Positions 39,834 to 49,354 are shown, counted from the first letter of the stretch. The stretch is 64,000 bases of DNA from Minisyncoccota bacterium (GCA_036517255.1 DATDXE010000014.1:9994-73993); one strand, 5' to 3'. The notes: generated from the sequence alone by a model not told the origin. Program-made: numbers and translations.

Positions 39834-40378
39834 TTTGTGAATTTGAAAGTTAAAAGAACTTTATTCAAATCACTATCGTTTGGATAAGAATCAAACATAA
39901 ACACAGTCTGATTTTGGATGATAATGGTCTTCTCAAAATCTAAACCAATATCCGTAGAATATATGATTTGTTTAGCCTGAATTGATCCAATATTGATGTC
40001 TTTTGTACTTTTAACTTCTGTAGGAAGATCATAATTATTAATTCGATCGATCTCCTTATTTACTGACCAATTTTCTCGAATTGAAATGAATGGATATCTT
40101 TCTACTTTTGTTCTACTTGTTGTGAAAACTAATACATACGGTCCCTCATCATTGTAGCCTTCAGTATATTTATCTACCCCCCAATTTTGAGGATATTTAA
40201 TTTCAAAATTATATTTTGAATCATTATACGTTTTTAAATTAGAAGTTTCACTGGTCTGTGTTGGTTGTTGAACGATGGGTTCCGACTTTTTAATAAAAAC
40301 AAAATATCCACTAACAGCGACAATGGCAACAATTGCTATTATTAAAACAATGTTCGTAAAACCTTCCTGATTATTCAT
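39830..40378 (-). CDS. Exported PsbP-like protein with pilin-like leader
   Basis: QEGF plus TM helix; TYNDSKYNFEIKYPQNW; VLLTFKF. Confidence 0.65.
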   Translation of the reverse strand: MNNQEGFTNIVLIIAIVAIVAVSGYFVFIKKSEPIVQQPTQTSETSNLKTYNDSKYNFEIKYPQNWGVDKYTEGYNDEGPYVLVFTTSRTKVERYPFISIRENWSVNKEIDRINNYDLPTEVKSTKDINIGSIQAKQIIYSTDIGLDFEKTIIIQNQTVFMFDSYPNDSDLNKVLLTFKFTN

Positions 40379-40420
40379 GGCAATATATTTATTAGTTAAT
40401 AATTTTTGATTTTTTCTATG

Positions 40421-40495
40421 TGGTGCTCCCGAGAGGAATCGAACCTCTATCGAACCCTTCGCAAGGGTTTATCCTATCCATTGAACGACGGGAGC
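40421..40495 (-). tRNA. tRNA-Arg(GCG)
   Basis: Anticodon arm AACCC-TTGCGAA-GGGTT; encoded CCA. Confidence 0.92.
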
Positions 40496-40544
40496 GATTT
40501 TGAACACAATAGCAGAAAATGCTTTATTATGCTATAATGTGAAT

Positions 40545-40778
40545 ATGAAAAATATTATCCACTTTCATATCTCCAAAGGAAAGAAATACTATACAGCTGA
40601 AGGGGCGGATGTTGCCATTGTAACTCAAGGTAAAACTCTTGATGAACTTGCTAAAAATATACGAGAAGCGGTAGAGTTATATTTTGAGGGAGAAGATATG
40701 GCTTCTCTCGGTTTTGGAAGGACCCCATCAATTCTCACTAATTTCGAATTATCTTTGAGTCATGGGGTCAAAGCTTAA
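40545..40778 (+). CDS. HicB-like antitoxin
   Basis: TQGKTLDELAKNIREAVELYFE motif. Confidence 0.8.
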   Translation: MKNIIHFHISKGKKYYTAEGADVAIVTQGKTLDELAKNIREAVELYFEGEDMASLGFGRTPSILTNFELSLSHGVKA

Positions 40779-40875
40779 AATTCTTTCTGGACAGGATGTA
40801 GTAAAAATCCTGTCTTCTTTTGGGTTTTCCGTATTTAGTCAAAAAGGCAGTCATATAAAATTTGAAATAAACTGA
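40762..40875 (+). pseudogene. Truncated HicA toxin (37 aa)
   Basis: MGSKLKILSGQDVVKILSSFGFSVFSQKGSHIKFEIN*; stops just after the KGSH motif. Confidence 0.75.
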
Positions 40876-40879
40876 CTCT

Positions 40880-41425
40880 ATGAAAATAGATATTAGAGAA
40901 AACCTTGAACTACGAACCCTAGAAATCCCTGATGCACAAGTTCTTTTTGATGTCATAAGAAAAAATGATGCATATCTTCGTGAGTGGCTTCCGTGGCTTG
41001 ATGATGATAAGGCTGTCACAGATATCGTAAAATATATCGAAGGAAGTAACAAAAGATTTTCCAAAAAACAAGGCGTTGACCTCTCGATTTGGTATGACAA
41101 TCATTTAGTCGGGGGCATCGGATTATATCCTTGGGATAAAACTCATAAAAAAACTTCCATCGGATATTGGCTTGCGGAAGAATTTCAAGGTAGAGGTATT
41201 ATGAATGACTCTTTAAAAAAAGTTTTAAAATACGGATTTACAGAAATGGGTCTGAATCGTATTGAAGTTTGCTGTGCCGTCGGAAATACCAAAAGCTCTG
41301 CGCTTCCCAAAAAACTTGGGTTTACGTATGAAGGCATTGAACGACAAGGAGAATTTCTGTACGATCATTTTGTAGATATGGAAGTTTATAGTTTATTGGC
41401 TAAAGAATGGCAGAAGCAGAACTAA
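40880..41425 (+). CDS. RimJ/RimL family GNAT acetyltransferase
   Basis: LREWLPW, IGYWLAEEFQGRGIM, LGFTYEG. Confidence 0.9.
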   Translation: MKIDIRENLELRTLEIPDAQVLFDVIRKNDAYLREWLPWLDDDKAVTDIVKYIEGSNKRFSKKQGVDLSIWYDNHLVGGIGLYPWDKTHKKTSIGYWLAEEFQGRGIMNDSLKKVLKYGFTEMGLNRIEVCCAVGNTKSSALPKKLGFTYEGIERQGEFLYDHFVDMEVYSLLAKEWQKQN

Positions 41426-41431
41426 TTAAAG

Positions 41432-41920
41432 ATGGAAATAAAATCAACTTTCATAAATCGGCTCGGGCAAAAACTTGAAGTAATTTATAAAGAAGAAGAT
41501 CCACTTTTGGATTTAGAAGGTAAAACTCTACAAGCTGTTCATGCATATTGTTTCTATAAAGATAAACTGGTCGTCGTATATGCAGAGAATAAAAAGTATT
41601 GGACGCCACCTGGAGGAGGAATTGAACCAGGAGAAAGTACTGAAGAAGCAGTAATTAGAGAAGTGAAAGAAGAAACAAATATGAAAGTATTGAGCCAAAA
41701 ACTCATCGGCTACCAAGATATTTATGAAGGAGATAAAGTAATCAGGCAAACAAGGTCATTTTGCATGGTAGAACCAATGGGAGATTTTGTTACAGATCCA
41801 GATGGAGATATTACTGAAATTAAATTAATTAATCCAGAAGATTATAAAAAGTATTTTGGTTGGGGTGAAATCGGAGACAGGATAATGGCGAGAGCTATTG
41901 AGATGTTTAATAATAGGTAA
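41432..41920 (+). CDS. NUDIX hydrolase
   Basis: GGGIEPGESTEEAVIREVKEET Nudix box. Confidence 0.92.
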   Translation: MEIKSTFINRLGQKLEVIYKEEDPLLDLEGKTLQAVHAYCFYKDKLVVVYAENKKYWTPPGGGIEPGESTEEAVIREVKEETNMKVLSQKLIGYQDIYEGDKVIRQTRSFCMVEPMGDFVTDPDGDITEIKLINPEDYKKYFGWGEIGDRIMARAIEMFNNR

Positions 41921-41924
41921 ATAA

Positions 41925-42392
41925 TCAAATCCCCAATTTATCAAAGAGGTGGTGGAGGGAGGATTCGCGGAGAGGCTGTTCGTCGAGGTAGTCATTTATG
42001 ACATCGCGCAGGTGATCGATGTTTACTTCGTCGGCGATCGGGATAGAAAGTAGGGGAATGAAATTGCTCAAAGGGTGGAGCAGGATGCGGGGGCCGTGCA
42101 TATGATCGTCCTCAATCCAAAAGGAGCGGTAATTTGGAAAAGGGTATTCATATTTACCGACCACGATACTGCGAGGGGTAATTCGTACATTTACTTCATT
42201 CGGTTTTCTTTTAGAAATGATACCGAGAGAGAGGGCTCCGAGGATAATAAAAATGCCGAAAAGGAAATTATCGAAATAAAAAGCTAGTACGGCGCCGGCG
42301 ACAGCTAAGATACCCAAATACCAAAACCAATCGGTACTTTTTTCAAAATGAGGACGCTCTAGACTGTGCCATTCAAGTAAGGACTCTGTCAT
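41925..42392 (-). CDS. Conserved hypothetical membrane protein
   Basis: Two TM helices plus PH-like C-terminal region. Confidence 0.7.
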   Translation of the reverse strand: MTESLLEWHSLERPHFEKSTDWFWYLGILAVAGAVLAFYFDNFLFGIFIILGALSLGIISKRKPNEVNVRITPRSIVVGKYEYPFPNYRSFWIEDDHMHGPRILLHPLSNFIPLLSIPIADEVNIDHLRDVINDYLDEQPLRESSLHHLFDKLGI

Positions 42393-42419
42393 TACCTAAA
42401 TTATATCACGAAGCCCATT

Positions 42420-42788
42420 TTACTTTACAATACTGCCTGGAGGAACATCCATTTTTAGCAAAGAAAAGAAACTTTCCTCGTTTTCCAACTTCCCGGAAGA
42501 AGCCATGAGCATAGCCTGGCTTTCAAGGCCCATGATCATACGCGGCTCTAAATTGGTAACAAAAGCAGAGGTGACGCCTACTAAGCTTTGTGGGTCTAGG
42601 AAATACTTTTTTATACCGGAAACAACTTGTCTTACATCTCGTTCTTCCTTGTCCGCCGAAATTTCAATGGAGGCAGACCCAAAATCAACACTAAGTTTCA
42701 ACAGCTTATCCGAACCCTCTACCTCCTCCACAGAAAGTATCTTCCCCGCCCTTATTTCCACCTTTGCAAAATCATCAATGGAGATCAT
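42420..42788 (-). CDS. tRNA-binding OB-fold protein (MetRS C-terminal/CsaA/Trbp111-like)
   Basis: ISIDDFAKVEIRAGKI, RQVVSGI, NLEPR, ESQAMLM. Confidence 0.88.
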   Translation of the reverse strand: MISIDDFAKVEIRAGKILSVEEVEGSDKLLKLSVDFGSASIEISADKEERDVRQVVSGIKKYFLDPQSLVGVTSAFVTNLEPRMIMGLESQAMLMASSGKLENEESFFSLLKMDVPPGSIVK

Positions 42789-42790
42789 GA

Positions 42791-43306
42791 TTACTGTAGA
42801 TTATACAATAATTTTAGTTTTTCAAGGCCTCGATAGGCTTGGACTGCGATGGTGTTTTTTGATTTACCGGTGATGAGAGAAATTTCTTTTATCGACAAGT
42901 CGCGGATATAGCCCATATTCATCACTTGGCGATATTTTTCAGGCAGACGAGTGATGAGGCCGAGAGCGGCTTTGCCATCGATCATATTGAAAAGACTTTC
43001 GGAAGTGTCGACACTCGGTTCAAAACCATCTTCAATCAAAAGATCGAGTGAGGAATGTTTTCTTTTTCGGTACTCATCGATAATCAGGCCGTTTAGCACA
43101 TGATAGAGGAAAGATTTCATGACATCGATTTTGCCGCCTTTGATCAAGTATTTCCATGTTTTCATAAAAGTGCTTTGCACCAAATCCTCGCCAGTCGTAT
43201 GGCTACTTGTTTTGAAAAAGGCCCTTGCATTCAAACCTTTCTCATAATCGTGGTGAGCTAAGGTCAGGACCTTTTTCTGTTCGGTTTCTTGTTTGCGATT
43301 CAACAT
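42791..43306 (-). CDS. ECF sigma-70 factor
   Basis: EDLVQSTFMKTW, IIDEYRK, SIKEIS...AVQAYRG. Confidence 0.88.
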   Translation of the reverse strand: MLNRKQETEQKKVLTLAHHDYEKGLNARAFFKTSSHTTGEDLVQSTFMKTWKYLIKGGKIDVMKSFLYHVLNGLIIDEYRKRKHSSLDLLIEDGFEPSVDTSESLFNMIDGKAALGLITRLPEKYRQVMNMGYIRDLSIKEISLITGKSKNTIAVQAYRGLEKLKLLYNLQ

Positions 43307-43521
43307 ATATTACTTGAAGCCGTATGGGGAACAGCTTTATTACATCGGAATTACGCCTAGGCGACAGTGGCCTATCGGGGCATAGGTTTATTTTCGTTTA
43401 CTAATTACAGCTAGGTTACAAATAGTAGTGAGAGACTCGCTTACAAGTATAGCACACTTTGTAAATTATTACTCGGACATTTTTATTGAAATAGTTTGGA
43501 CTTTAGAACGGCGTAGTTTGT

Positions 43522-44076
43522 ATGGAAAAAACTAAAGATGATTTTATAGATAGTTTGTGGGAAAAAGGTTGGACTTATATCAAAACGGTGGTGGATGTGG
43601 TGCGAGAACCGATTTTAATCTTGGACAAAGATCTTCGTGTGATGGCGGCCAATGAAGCATTTTACTCGATGTTCCAAGTAGAAAGGAAAAATACTGAAAA
43701 TAAAGTGGTGTATGAGCTCGGTAATGGCCAGTGGAATATCCCAGCTCTGCGGAAACTGCTTGAAGATATTTTACCTAAAAATACTTTCTTCAAAGGTTTC
43801 GAAGTGTCGCACGAATTTCCTTTGATCGGACAGAAGGTGATGATACTAAATGCTCGCCAGATTCATACTGAAGATGATACGGCCAAACTTTTTCCACCCA
43901 TTATCCTTCTCGCTATGGAAGATATCACTGAAATCATCGCTGTGGCAGAGAAGTTGGCACAGCATACAAGCCAGTTTGAAACTAAAATGGCGGAAAGAAC
44001 GGAAAAAATAGAACAGCACATTTCTGCTTTGTCGATAGAAATTAATAGGCTAAAAAAGAAACCTTTAAAAGCATAA
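43522..44076 (+). CDS. Stand-alone PAS domain protein
   Basis: VREPILILDKDLRVMAANEAFY, LGNGQWNIPALRKLL, LLAMEDITE. Confidence 0.85.
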   Translation: MEKTKDDFIDSLWEKGWTYIKTVVDVVREPILILDKDLRVMAANEAFYSMFQVERKNTENKVVYELGNGQWNIPALRKLLEDILPKNTFFKGFEVSHEFPLIGQKVMILNARQIHTEDDTAKLFPPIILLAMEDITEIIAVAEKLAQHTSQFETKMAERTEKIEQHISALSIEINRLKKKPLKA

Positions 44077-44086
44077 TATAAAAAAT

Positions 44087-44446
44087 ATGGATTCATCATT
44101 TAATTCTTCCTCTACCAAACCTTTATTCAAAGGGACTCAAATTGTGTGGTACCTGCTTTCTCTTCTCGAAATATTGTTAGCCTTTCGTTTTGTGTTGAAG
44201 CTCGCTGGAGCAAATCCAGCAGCGGGATTTAGTAGCTCTATCTACACCCTCACTTGGCCGTTTACTGCTCCATTCTTAGCAGTATTTCCAAAAACTGTTG
44301 TCCAGGGAAGTATTTTCGAGTGGACCACGATTTTGGCTATGTTTGTCTATTGGCTTGTTGGGATTGGACTGGTCAGGCTTCTTGTTATGAGTAAAACCAT
44401 CTCTACTCCCGAAGCGGCAGTGAAATTAAACAACGAGGAGAAGTAG
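44087..44446 (+). CDS. YggT-like membrane protein
   Basis: RFVLKLAGANP..F...IY.LT.PFTAPF. Confidence 0.75.
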   Translation: MDSSFNSSSTKPLFKGTQIVWYLLSLLEILLAFRFVLKLAGANPAAGFSSSIYTLTWPFTAPFLAVFPKTVVQGSIFEWTTILAMFVYWLVGIGLVRLLVMSKTISTPEAAVKLNNEEK

Positions 44447-44470
44447 ATTTATTAAAATAATTATAAATAT

Positions 44471-44722
44471 ATGGGATTAATTCTATGGATTGTGTTTGGA
44501 GCTTTAGTTGGTTGGATCGCATCGATCATAATGAAGACTAATGCTGAACAGGGATGGGTACTTAATATCGTAGTCGGTGTTGTCGGTGCGGTTGTCGGTG
44601 GCTGGATCATGAATATCTTGGGCAATACTGGAGTAAGAGACTTTAGCCTTCAGGGGTTCCTGGTAGCCCTTCTTGGAGCGGTTGTTTTTATCTTTATTGT
44701 TAAACTTTTGCGACGAGTGTAA
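44471..44722 (+). CDS. GlsB/YeaQ/YmgE (transglycosylase-associated) membrane protein
   Basis: [29 protein letters not shown]. Confidence 0.9.
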   Translation: MGLILWIVFGALVGWIASIIMKTNAEQGWVLNIVVGVVGAVVGGWIMNILGNTGVRDFSLQGFLVALLGAVVFIFIVKLLRRV

Positions 44723-44784
44723 TGGGCTTGTTTCCGGAACGGCTTCTATGGAAGAGGTAATTAATTATAAGTAAATAAAATAAT

Positions 44785-45459
44785 ATGATAAATGTCACAA
44801 AGTCTCTAAAAGAATCGTTTCGTTTCCCAGTCCTAGCGGGAGCGGTTTTCGTCGCCTTCTCTGTACTAGGGGCGCCGCTTTTTGCAGAAGCTGCTGTGCT
44901 TACTCGTCAATTGGAAATAGAAATGTCAGGACCTGATGTTTCGACACCCCAGACATTCCTTGCTAAAGATAGCACTATCTATCCACAAGGTTTGGTGACG
45001 GGGTACTTCGGTTTCCTTACTAAGTCGGCTGTTTCGAATTTCCAATCTAGAAATGGTATCGATGCTGTCGGCCGAGTCGGCCCTATCACACTGGTTGCGA
45101 TCAATAACCAAATGAATAACGGTATGACTTCAGGCCTTGATCGACGCGCACCTGTGATCAGCGGAGTAAATGTCAGCGTGGTAAATACCAATGCTACATT
45201 TAGCTGGAATACAAATGAAAATGCTGCGGCCCTAGTTTACTACAGCACTTCACCACTCCTCATGGCTGAAGCTAGTATCAACATGGGAGTGAATATTTCT
45301 GGCTCAACTCTCTTGGTCCACAACGATCTGCGGATGACTCACTCTGGCACTTTGACTGCGCTTCAATCAAATACCAGGTACTACTACGTGATCTACTCTA
45401 GAGATGGTGATGGTAACGTTTCCGTCACAACACAACAGTCTTTCCAGACTGGAAACTAA
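44785..45459 (+). CDS. Exported peptidoglycan-binding plus FN3-like protein
   Basis: TGYFGFLTKSAVSNFQ..NGI..VGRVGPIT; LQSNTRYYY. Confidence 0.8.
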   Translation: MINVTKSLKESFRFPVLAGAVFVAFSVLGAPLFAEAAVLTRQLEIEMSGPDVSTPQTFLAKDSTIYPQGLVTGYFGFLTKSAVSNFQSRNGIDAVGRVGPITLVAINNQMNNGMTSGLDRRAPVISGVNVSVVNTNATFSWNTNENAAALVYYSTSPLLMAEASINMGVNISGSTLLVHNDLRMTHSGTLTALQSNTRYYYVIYSRDGDGNVSVTTQQSFQTGN

Positions 45460-45493
45460 TTGAAGTAAAGTCTCTTCAAACAAAGTCTCAAGA

Positions 45494-45524
45494 AAAACCG
45501 CCGATTCCTCCTCGGCGGTTTTTC
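45494..45524. terminator. Bidirectional terminator
   Basis: AAAAACCGCCGA / TCGGCGGTTTTT. Confidence 0.75.
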
Positions 45525-45578
45525 TGTTTCCACTTTCTACCTATCTTTATCAAAATATGTCTAAGAATAAGGAGTTAT

Positions 45579-46028
45579 TTAATATAATTCAACTGTTTCC
45601 TTTTTGTAACCAAAAGATTTGCTGTGGATGACCTCTATTTTAGTTGGTTTGAGAACATACCAAGACTGACCTTTTTCTAAAATCTCACCTGCTCTCTCGG
45701 GAATTTTAAGACCCCTTTTTTCTTCCAATTTCTTTTCATATTCAAAAAGTGACCCTTCAATTTTTTCGACAACTCCTTCAATTTGCAAAGCTCTTTCATC
45801 ATGAGTTTTACGACTTGCGGTAATCGTGCAAGCAACTTTATTATTTTTCTCTATTGCTTTTGAATGTCTTGTGTTTGGAAGCGAAATCCAATAAAGATTA
45901 AATTTGTCATCCTTAATATAAATAACATCTGCTACCCAAACGCCACCTTCATCCACAGTTCCCAAACTCATAACATACCCATCTTCCAAAACTTTCTCCG
46001 CTAGATTTCTAATTCCTTCTTTATTCAT
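45579..46028 (-). CDS. Pyridoxamine 5'-phosphate oxidase-like FMN-binding protein
   Basis: MSLGTVD, LYWIS..TRHS, ALQIEG; start reassigned to ATG 46028 because the longer ORF runs through the tRNA. Confidence 0.8.
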   Translation of the reverse strand: MNKEGIRNLAEKVLEDGYVMSLGTVDEGGVWVADVIYIKDDKFNLYWISLPNTRHSKAIEKNNKVACTITASRKTHDERALQIEGVVEKIEGSLFEYEKKLEEKRGLKIPERAGEILEKGQSWYVLKPTKIEVIHSKSFGYKKETVELY

Positions 46029-46043
46029 AACGTAATTATAACT

Positions 46044-46128
46044 TGGCGGAAGGGGCGAGAGTCGAACTCGCAAGCCCTTGCGGGCGACAGTTTTCAAGAC
46101 TGTTGGAATACCATTATCCGACCCTTCC
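46044..46128 (-). tRNA. tRNA-Ser(TGA)
   Basis: ACAGT-CTTGAAA-ACTGT anticodon arm, long variable arm, encoded CCA. Confidence 0.93.
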
Positions 46129-46605
46129 AATATTATTCTGCGACCAACTCTTTTCAGAGTGGTGTTCTGCGTAATGACAATTAGGACAAACTATCTCTAA
46201 ATTGCACTTGTCATTATTACTGCGATTCCTGTCTTTGTGATGCACTTGCAGTATCTTCTGATCATTATAACCACACCTCTCGCACACCGCACCTCTTTCC
46301 CTAAACAAGGCCAACTTGATTGATCTTTGGTTGAAGGCATTGTCCCTTGGCCTACCAATTTTATACTTTATTCCTTCCCTGTGTTTATTCGAACATGCTC
46401 TACTACAGGTTTTCTTATTAAGACCGCCCAAGATAAGGTTTCCACAAACCAGGCAAGGTATTTCCTTCCTACAAGAAATACCATAACATTTCTGACCACA
46501 GTATGCTTTACCAGAGCTTTCGACTAGAGCAGAAGGCCTTCTATATACAGGCTTTTTACATATAACGCAAGAAATATTAGGGTTTCTTTTGTATTGCTCT
46601 GGCAC
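46114..46605 (-). CDS. HNH endonuclease with N-terminal Cys repeats
   Basis: CERCG, LQVHHKDRNRSNN, CPNCH; CxxC...CS..C repeats. Confidence 0.88.
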   Translation of the reverse strand: MPEQYKRNPNISCVICKKPVYRRPSALVESSGKAYCGQKCYGISCRKEIPCLVCGNLILGGLNKKTCSRACSNKHREGIKYKIGRPRDNAFNQRSIKLALFRERGAVCERCGYNDQKILQVHHKDRNRSNNDKCNLEIVCPNCHYAEHHSEKSWSQNNIGRVG

Positions 46606-46643
46606 TCATCCAGTATACCACAAATTAGTGATGTTTTGAGAAT

Positions 46644-46862
46644 TTATTTCTCCACTGTTTCCACTTCGTATTTGCGGGCGATTAAGAAGATGTAGATAAA
46701 ATCGAGGATGGCGAAAGTGTTGGAAATAAAGAGGATAGCAAACCACCACTTTTGGCCAAGGCGGGAAGCGTACCAAAGGGCGAAAGCCTTCACTGGTAAG
46801 GTGATGAGCGAAAGAATCAAAAGCTCATTACTTGATGTCAGTGCGGTGACTAGAGTATCCAT
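46644..46862 (-). CDS. Small membrane protein (DUF5652-like)
   Basis: KAFALWYAS..QKWWF....NT..IL...YIF. Confidence 0.75.
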   Translation of the reverse strand: MDTLVTALTSSNELLILSLITLPVKAFALWYASRLGQKWWFAILFISNTFAILDFIYIFLIARKYEVETVEK

Positions 46863-46890
46863 GCTATGATTTTATCACAATAAAAAACTG

Positions 46891-47280
46891 ATGCGATATC
46901 TCGGAATTGACTATGGCAGTAAAAGAATAGGGCTCTCTATTTCAGATGAAGAGGGCAGGATGGCTTTCCCTCACTCGGTGGTGGAAAACGACTCGCATGC
47001 TCTAGAAAATATATCAAATATTATTATTGGTAACGCAGTGGACACGGTGGTAGTAGGGGAATCAAAAAATTTCAAAGGAGAAGCAAATGAAATACAAAAG
47101 AGTATCGATAAGTTTGCTAAAGCTTTGGAAGCGAAAGAAATGGAACTTGATATCGTTTTCGAACCAGAATTTATGACTAGTAGCCAAGCGGAAAAAATAC
47201 AGGGCAAAAATAATATGCTCGATGCCTCGGCGGCCACTATAATTTTACAAAGCTTCCTGGACAGAAAACTCTCTAACTAG
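46891..47280 (+). CDS. yqgF: RuvX/YqgF nuclease
   Basis: LGIDYGSKRIGLSISD, EFMTS, DASAATIILQSFLD. Confidence 0.92.
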   Translation: MRYLGIDYGSKRIGLSISDEEGRMAFPHSVVENDSHALENISNIIIGNAVDTVVVGESKNFKGEANEIQKSIDKFAKALEAKEMELDIVFEPEFMTSSQAEKIQGKNNMLDASAATIILQSFLDRKLSN

Positions 47281-47315
47281 AATTTTTGTCAGAATTGTTT
47301 GGTATAATTGAGAGC

Positions 47316-48272
47316 ATGTCGCTCCGTGACAAATTCCTCAAAAGTTTTCCGCCACCTCAATATATAGATGTGCCTTATAGCAGTATCGCTTTTTCTGATT
47401 CGCACTTGCGCTTACTTTCCCTCGATCGGCTAAAACATCCAGCCTATCATGCTGAGGTGAAATTGGAATCGGGCATCATAGACAAAGGGGAAGTGAAGGA
47501 TATGGAAAAATTGATTAGCCTTTTGGTAGCTCAAAAATCGAAACTGCCAAGCCCTTTCATAAAATTTTCCATTCCTGATGACGCTTCGTATATTTTTAAT
47601 TCAGAAGTGCCGGCTTCCCCCGGGAGGGACCTTCGGGAAAGTGTGCGTTTTGTGTTGGAAGAGAATGTGCCGTTGCCTCTCGGCGATGTGGCTTTCGATT
47701 TTATTCCGCGTGAAGTACAGAAAACAGCAGATGGTTATAAAGCTCGGATCGTCGGGATCGCCGCCTCGAGCTCGCTTATCGCTTCATATGTGGAGAGTTT
47801 GCGAAAAGCTGAGCTAGAACCGATTGCTTGTATGCATGAGTCGCAGGCGACGGCGAACGCTGTCATAGCCAAAGATTTTCACCAAGTGGCGGTGATAGTG
47901 CACATCCACCTTCAGTCGGTCGGTATCTACATAGTGAAGGATAGGGTGGTGGAATTTTCTTCCGCGGTACTCGTCAGTATGGAGGATGCGACGCTGGCTT
48001 TGAAAGTTATAAAATCAGAAGTACTAAAAGCTTTGGAGTATTGGTCTTCCCGTTTGCATTTGATAGCCGAGACAGATGAAGCCTTGCATTGTTTTGTTTG
48101 CGGCAGGCACGACATAGGTAAACAACTTGTTTTCGAAATCGGAGAAGCAAGCGGGATGACAGCTGAACTGGCCCAAGTATGGAATAATTTATTCTCCTTG
48201 CGAGAATACATACCGGAAATTTCTTTCGAAGATTCTTTAAAATACCCATCGGCCATTGGCCTCTGCGTTTAA
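47316..48272 (+). CDS. pilM: PilM-like type IV pilus assembly protein
   Basis: Actin-like fold cues (EENVPLP...DF, AIGL); first of a PilMNO-like run. Confidence 0.7.
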   Translation: MSLRDKFLKSFPPPQYIDVPYSSIAFSDSHLRLLSLDRLKHPAYHAEVKLESGIIDKGEVKDMEKLISLLVAQKSKLPSPFIKFSIPDDASYIFNSEVPASPGRDLRESVRFVLEENVPLPLGDVAFDFIPREVQKTADGYKARIVGIAASSSLIASYVESLRKAELEPIACMHESQATANAVIAKDFHQVAVIVHIHLQSVGIYIVKDRVVEFSSAVLVSMEDATLALKVIKSEVLKALEYWSSRLHLIAETDEALHCFVCGRHDIGKQLVFEIGEASGMTAELAQVWNNLFSLREYIPEISFEDSLKYPSAIGLCV

Positions 48273-48278
48273 AATAAA

Positions 48279-48818
48279 ATGGATACCAATATTTTACCTG
48301 AACAGGAAATAGAGATTTTAGAAAAAGGTTACCGTCGTAGGGTGCTCATCGTGTTCTTACGCGCCACCTTCCTTTTATTTATCGCGCTCTCTGTTTTGAT
48401 GTTGTGTTCCTATATAATCGCTAGATATAAATTAGAGGAAGCTCTCGAAAGTTCTAAAGCAGGCTCTCTTTCAAGCGGATACGCTGAGACGGCTATAGCC
48501 CCTGTGGCTATAAATGAAAAAGTGGCAATAGTGCTCGGTTTCGAGAGTCGGCCTTCGCTTGCCATGAGAGTAACTAGTTTTTACAAAGCGGCTTCGGCTC
48601 AAATATCTCTCGTCGGTGTTTCTTACAAACAAAAAGGAAAAAATAATGATGCGGAGGAAGTGGTACTCACGGGAACTGCTTTGAATAGGGAAGCATTGCG
48701 TTCTTTTGAAAAAGAGGTCAGCAAGCTGGAATTTGTAGCAGGCACTTCCGTGCCGGTGTCGGCCTTTACCCGCGATAAGGATTTGTCTTTCAGTATGAAT
48801 GTGGAGATAAAAAAGTAA
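48279..48818 (+). CDS. pilN: PilN-like protein
   Basis: NILP start, TM helix, LTGTALNREAL..F. Confidence 0.7.
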   Translation: MDTNILPEQEIEILEKGYRRRVLIVFLRATFLLFIALSVLMLCSYIIARYKLEEALESSKAGSLSSGYAETAIAPVAINEKVAIVLGFESRPSLAMRVTSFYKAASAQISLVGVSYKQKGKNNDAEEVVLTGTALNREALRSFEKEVSKLEFVAGTSVPVSAFTRDKDLSFSMNVEIKK

Positions 48819-48819
48819 A

Positions 48820-49353
48820 ATGCGAAATAAATATTTACCTGCAAAAAAAGATTTCTTTTTCGCTCTCAGCTTGGCCTGTCTTTCCTTGCTTGGATTTTTA
48901 GCTACTATTTTCCTACTCAATTCTAAAAGTGCCTCTCTGGTCGAGGCTTTGCCCGGCTCTCTCGATGCTCCGCTCGATATCGAAACCGTGCTGGCAATAA
49001 AGAAAACTCTGGCAGAAAAGAAGGTGGATATAGAGACTCTAAATTCTTCCTTCGTTACTTCTAGTGGCGAAGTTGCTTTTATCGAGACGGTAGAAAAGAT
49101 AGCTGCTCTTTCAGGTGTGGATGTGGAAATAGTTTCTGTGGATGTGGGGGAATATGGTGGATCAAAAAACTTTGAAAGTTTGAATTTGCAAGTCCGTTTC
49201 GAAGGAAATTGGAGTGAGGCTGAGGGATTCCTCTCTTCTGTCGAAGATGCTCCTTACGCCGTCACTCTCGGTGACATCGAGATGACGGCTTCGCAGAACG
49301 CAGTTTGGCTTGGCGAAGTAGGGCTTTCTGTACTGAAAGTGAAAAACAAATAA
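48820..49353 (+). CDS. pilO: PilO-like protein
   Basis: TM helix; EKIAALSGV; EGNW....FL..VE..PY. Confidence 0.7.
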   Translation: MRNKYLPAKKDFFFALSLACLSLLGFLATIFLLNSKSASLVEALPGSLDAPLDIETVLAIKKTLAEKKVDIETLNSSFVTSSGEVAFIETVEKIAALSGVDVEIVSVDVGEYGGSKNFESLNLQVRFEGNWSEAEGFLSSVEDAPYAVTLGDIEMTASQNAVWLGEVGLSVLKVKNK

Positions 49354-49354
49354 A

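Noticed and set aside
46029-46130. N-terminal extension of the 183-aa ORF in the track
   Set aside because: It runs through tRNA-Ser; ATG 46028 is the likely start.
46596-46612. GGATGAGTGCCAGAG before the HNH gene resembling a tRNA-Ser 5' half
   Set aside because: Pairs poorly with the acceptor stem and is explained by a -10 box plus leaderless GTG start.
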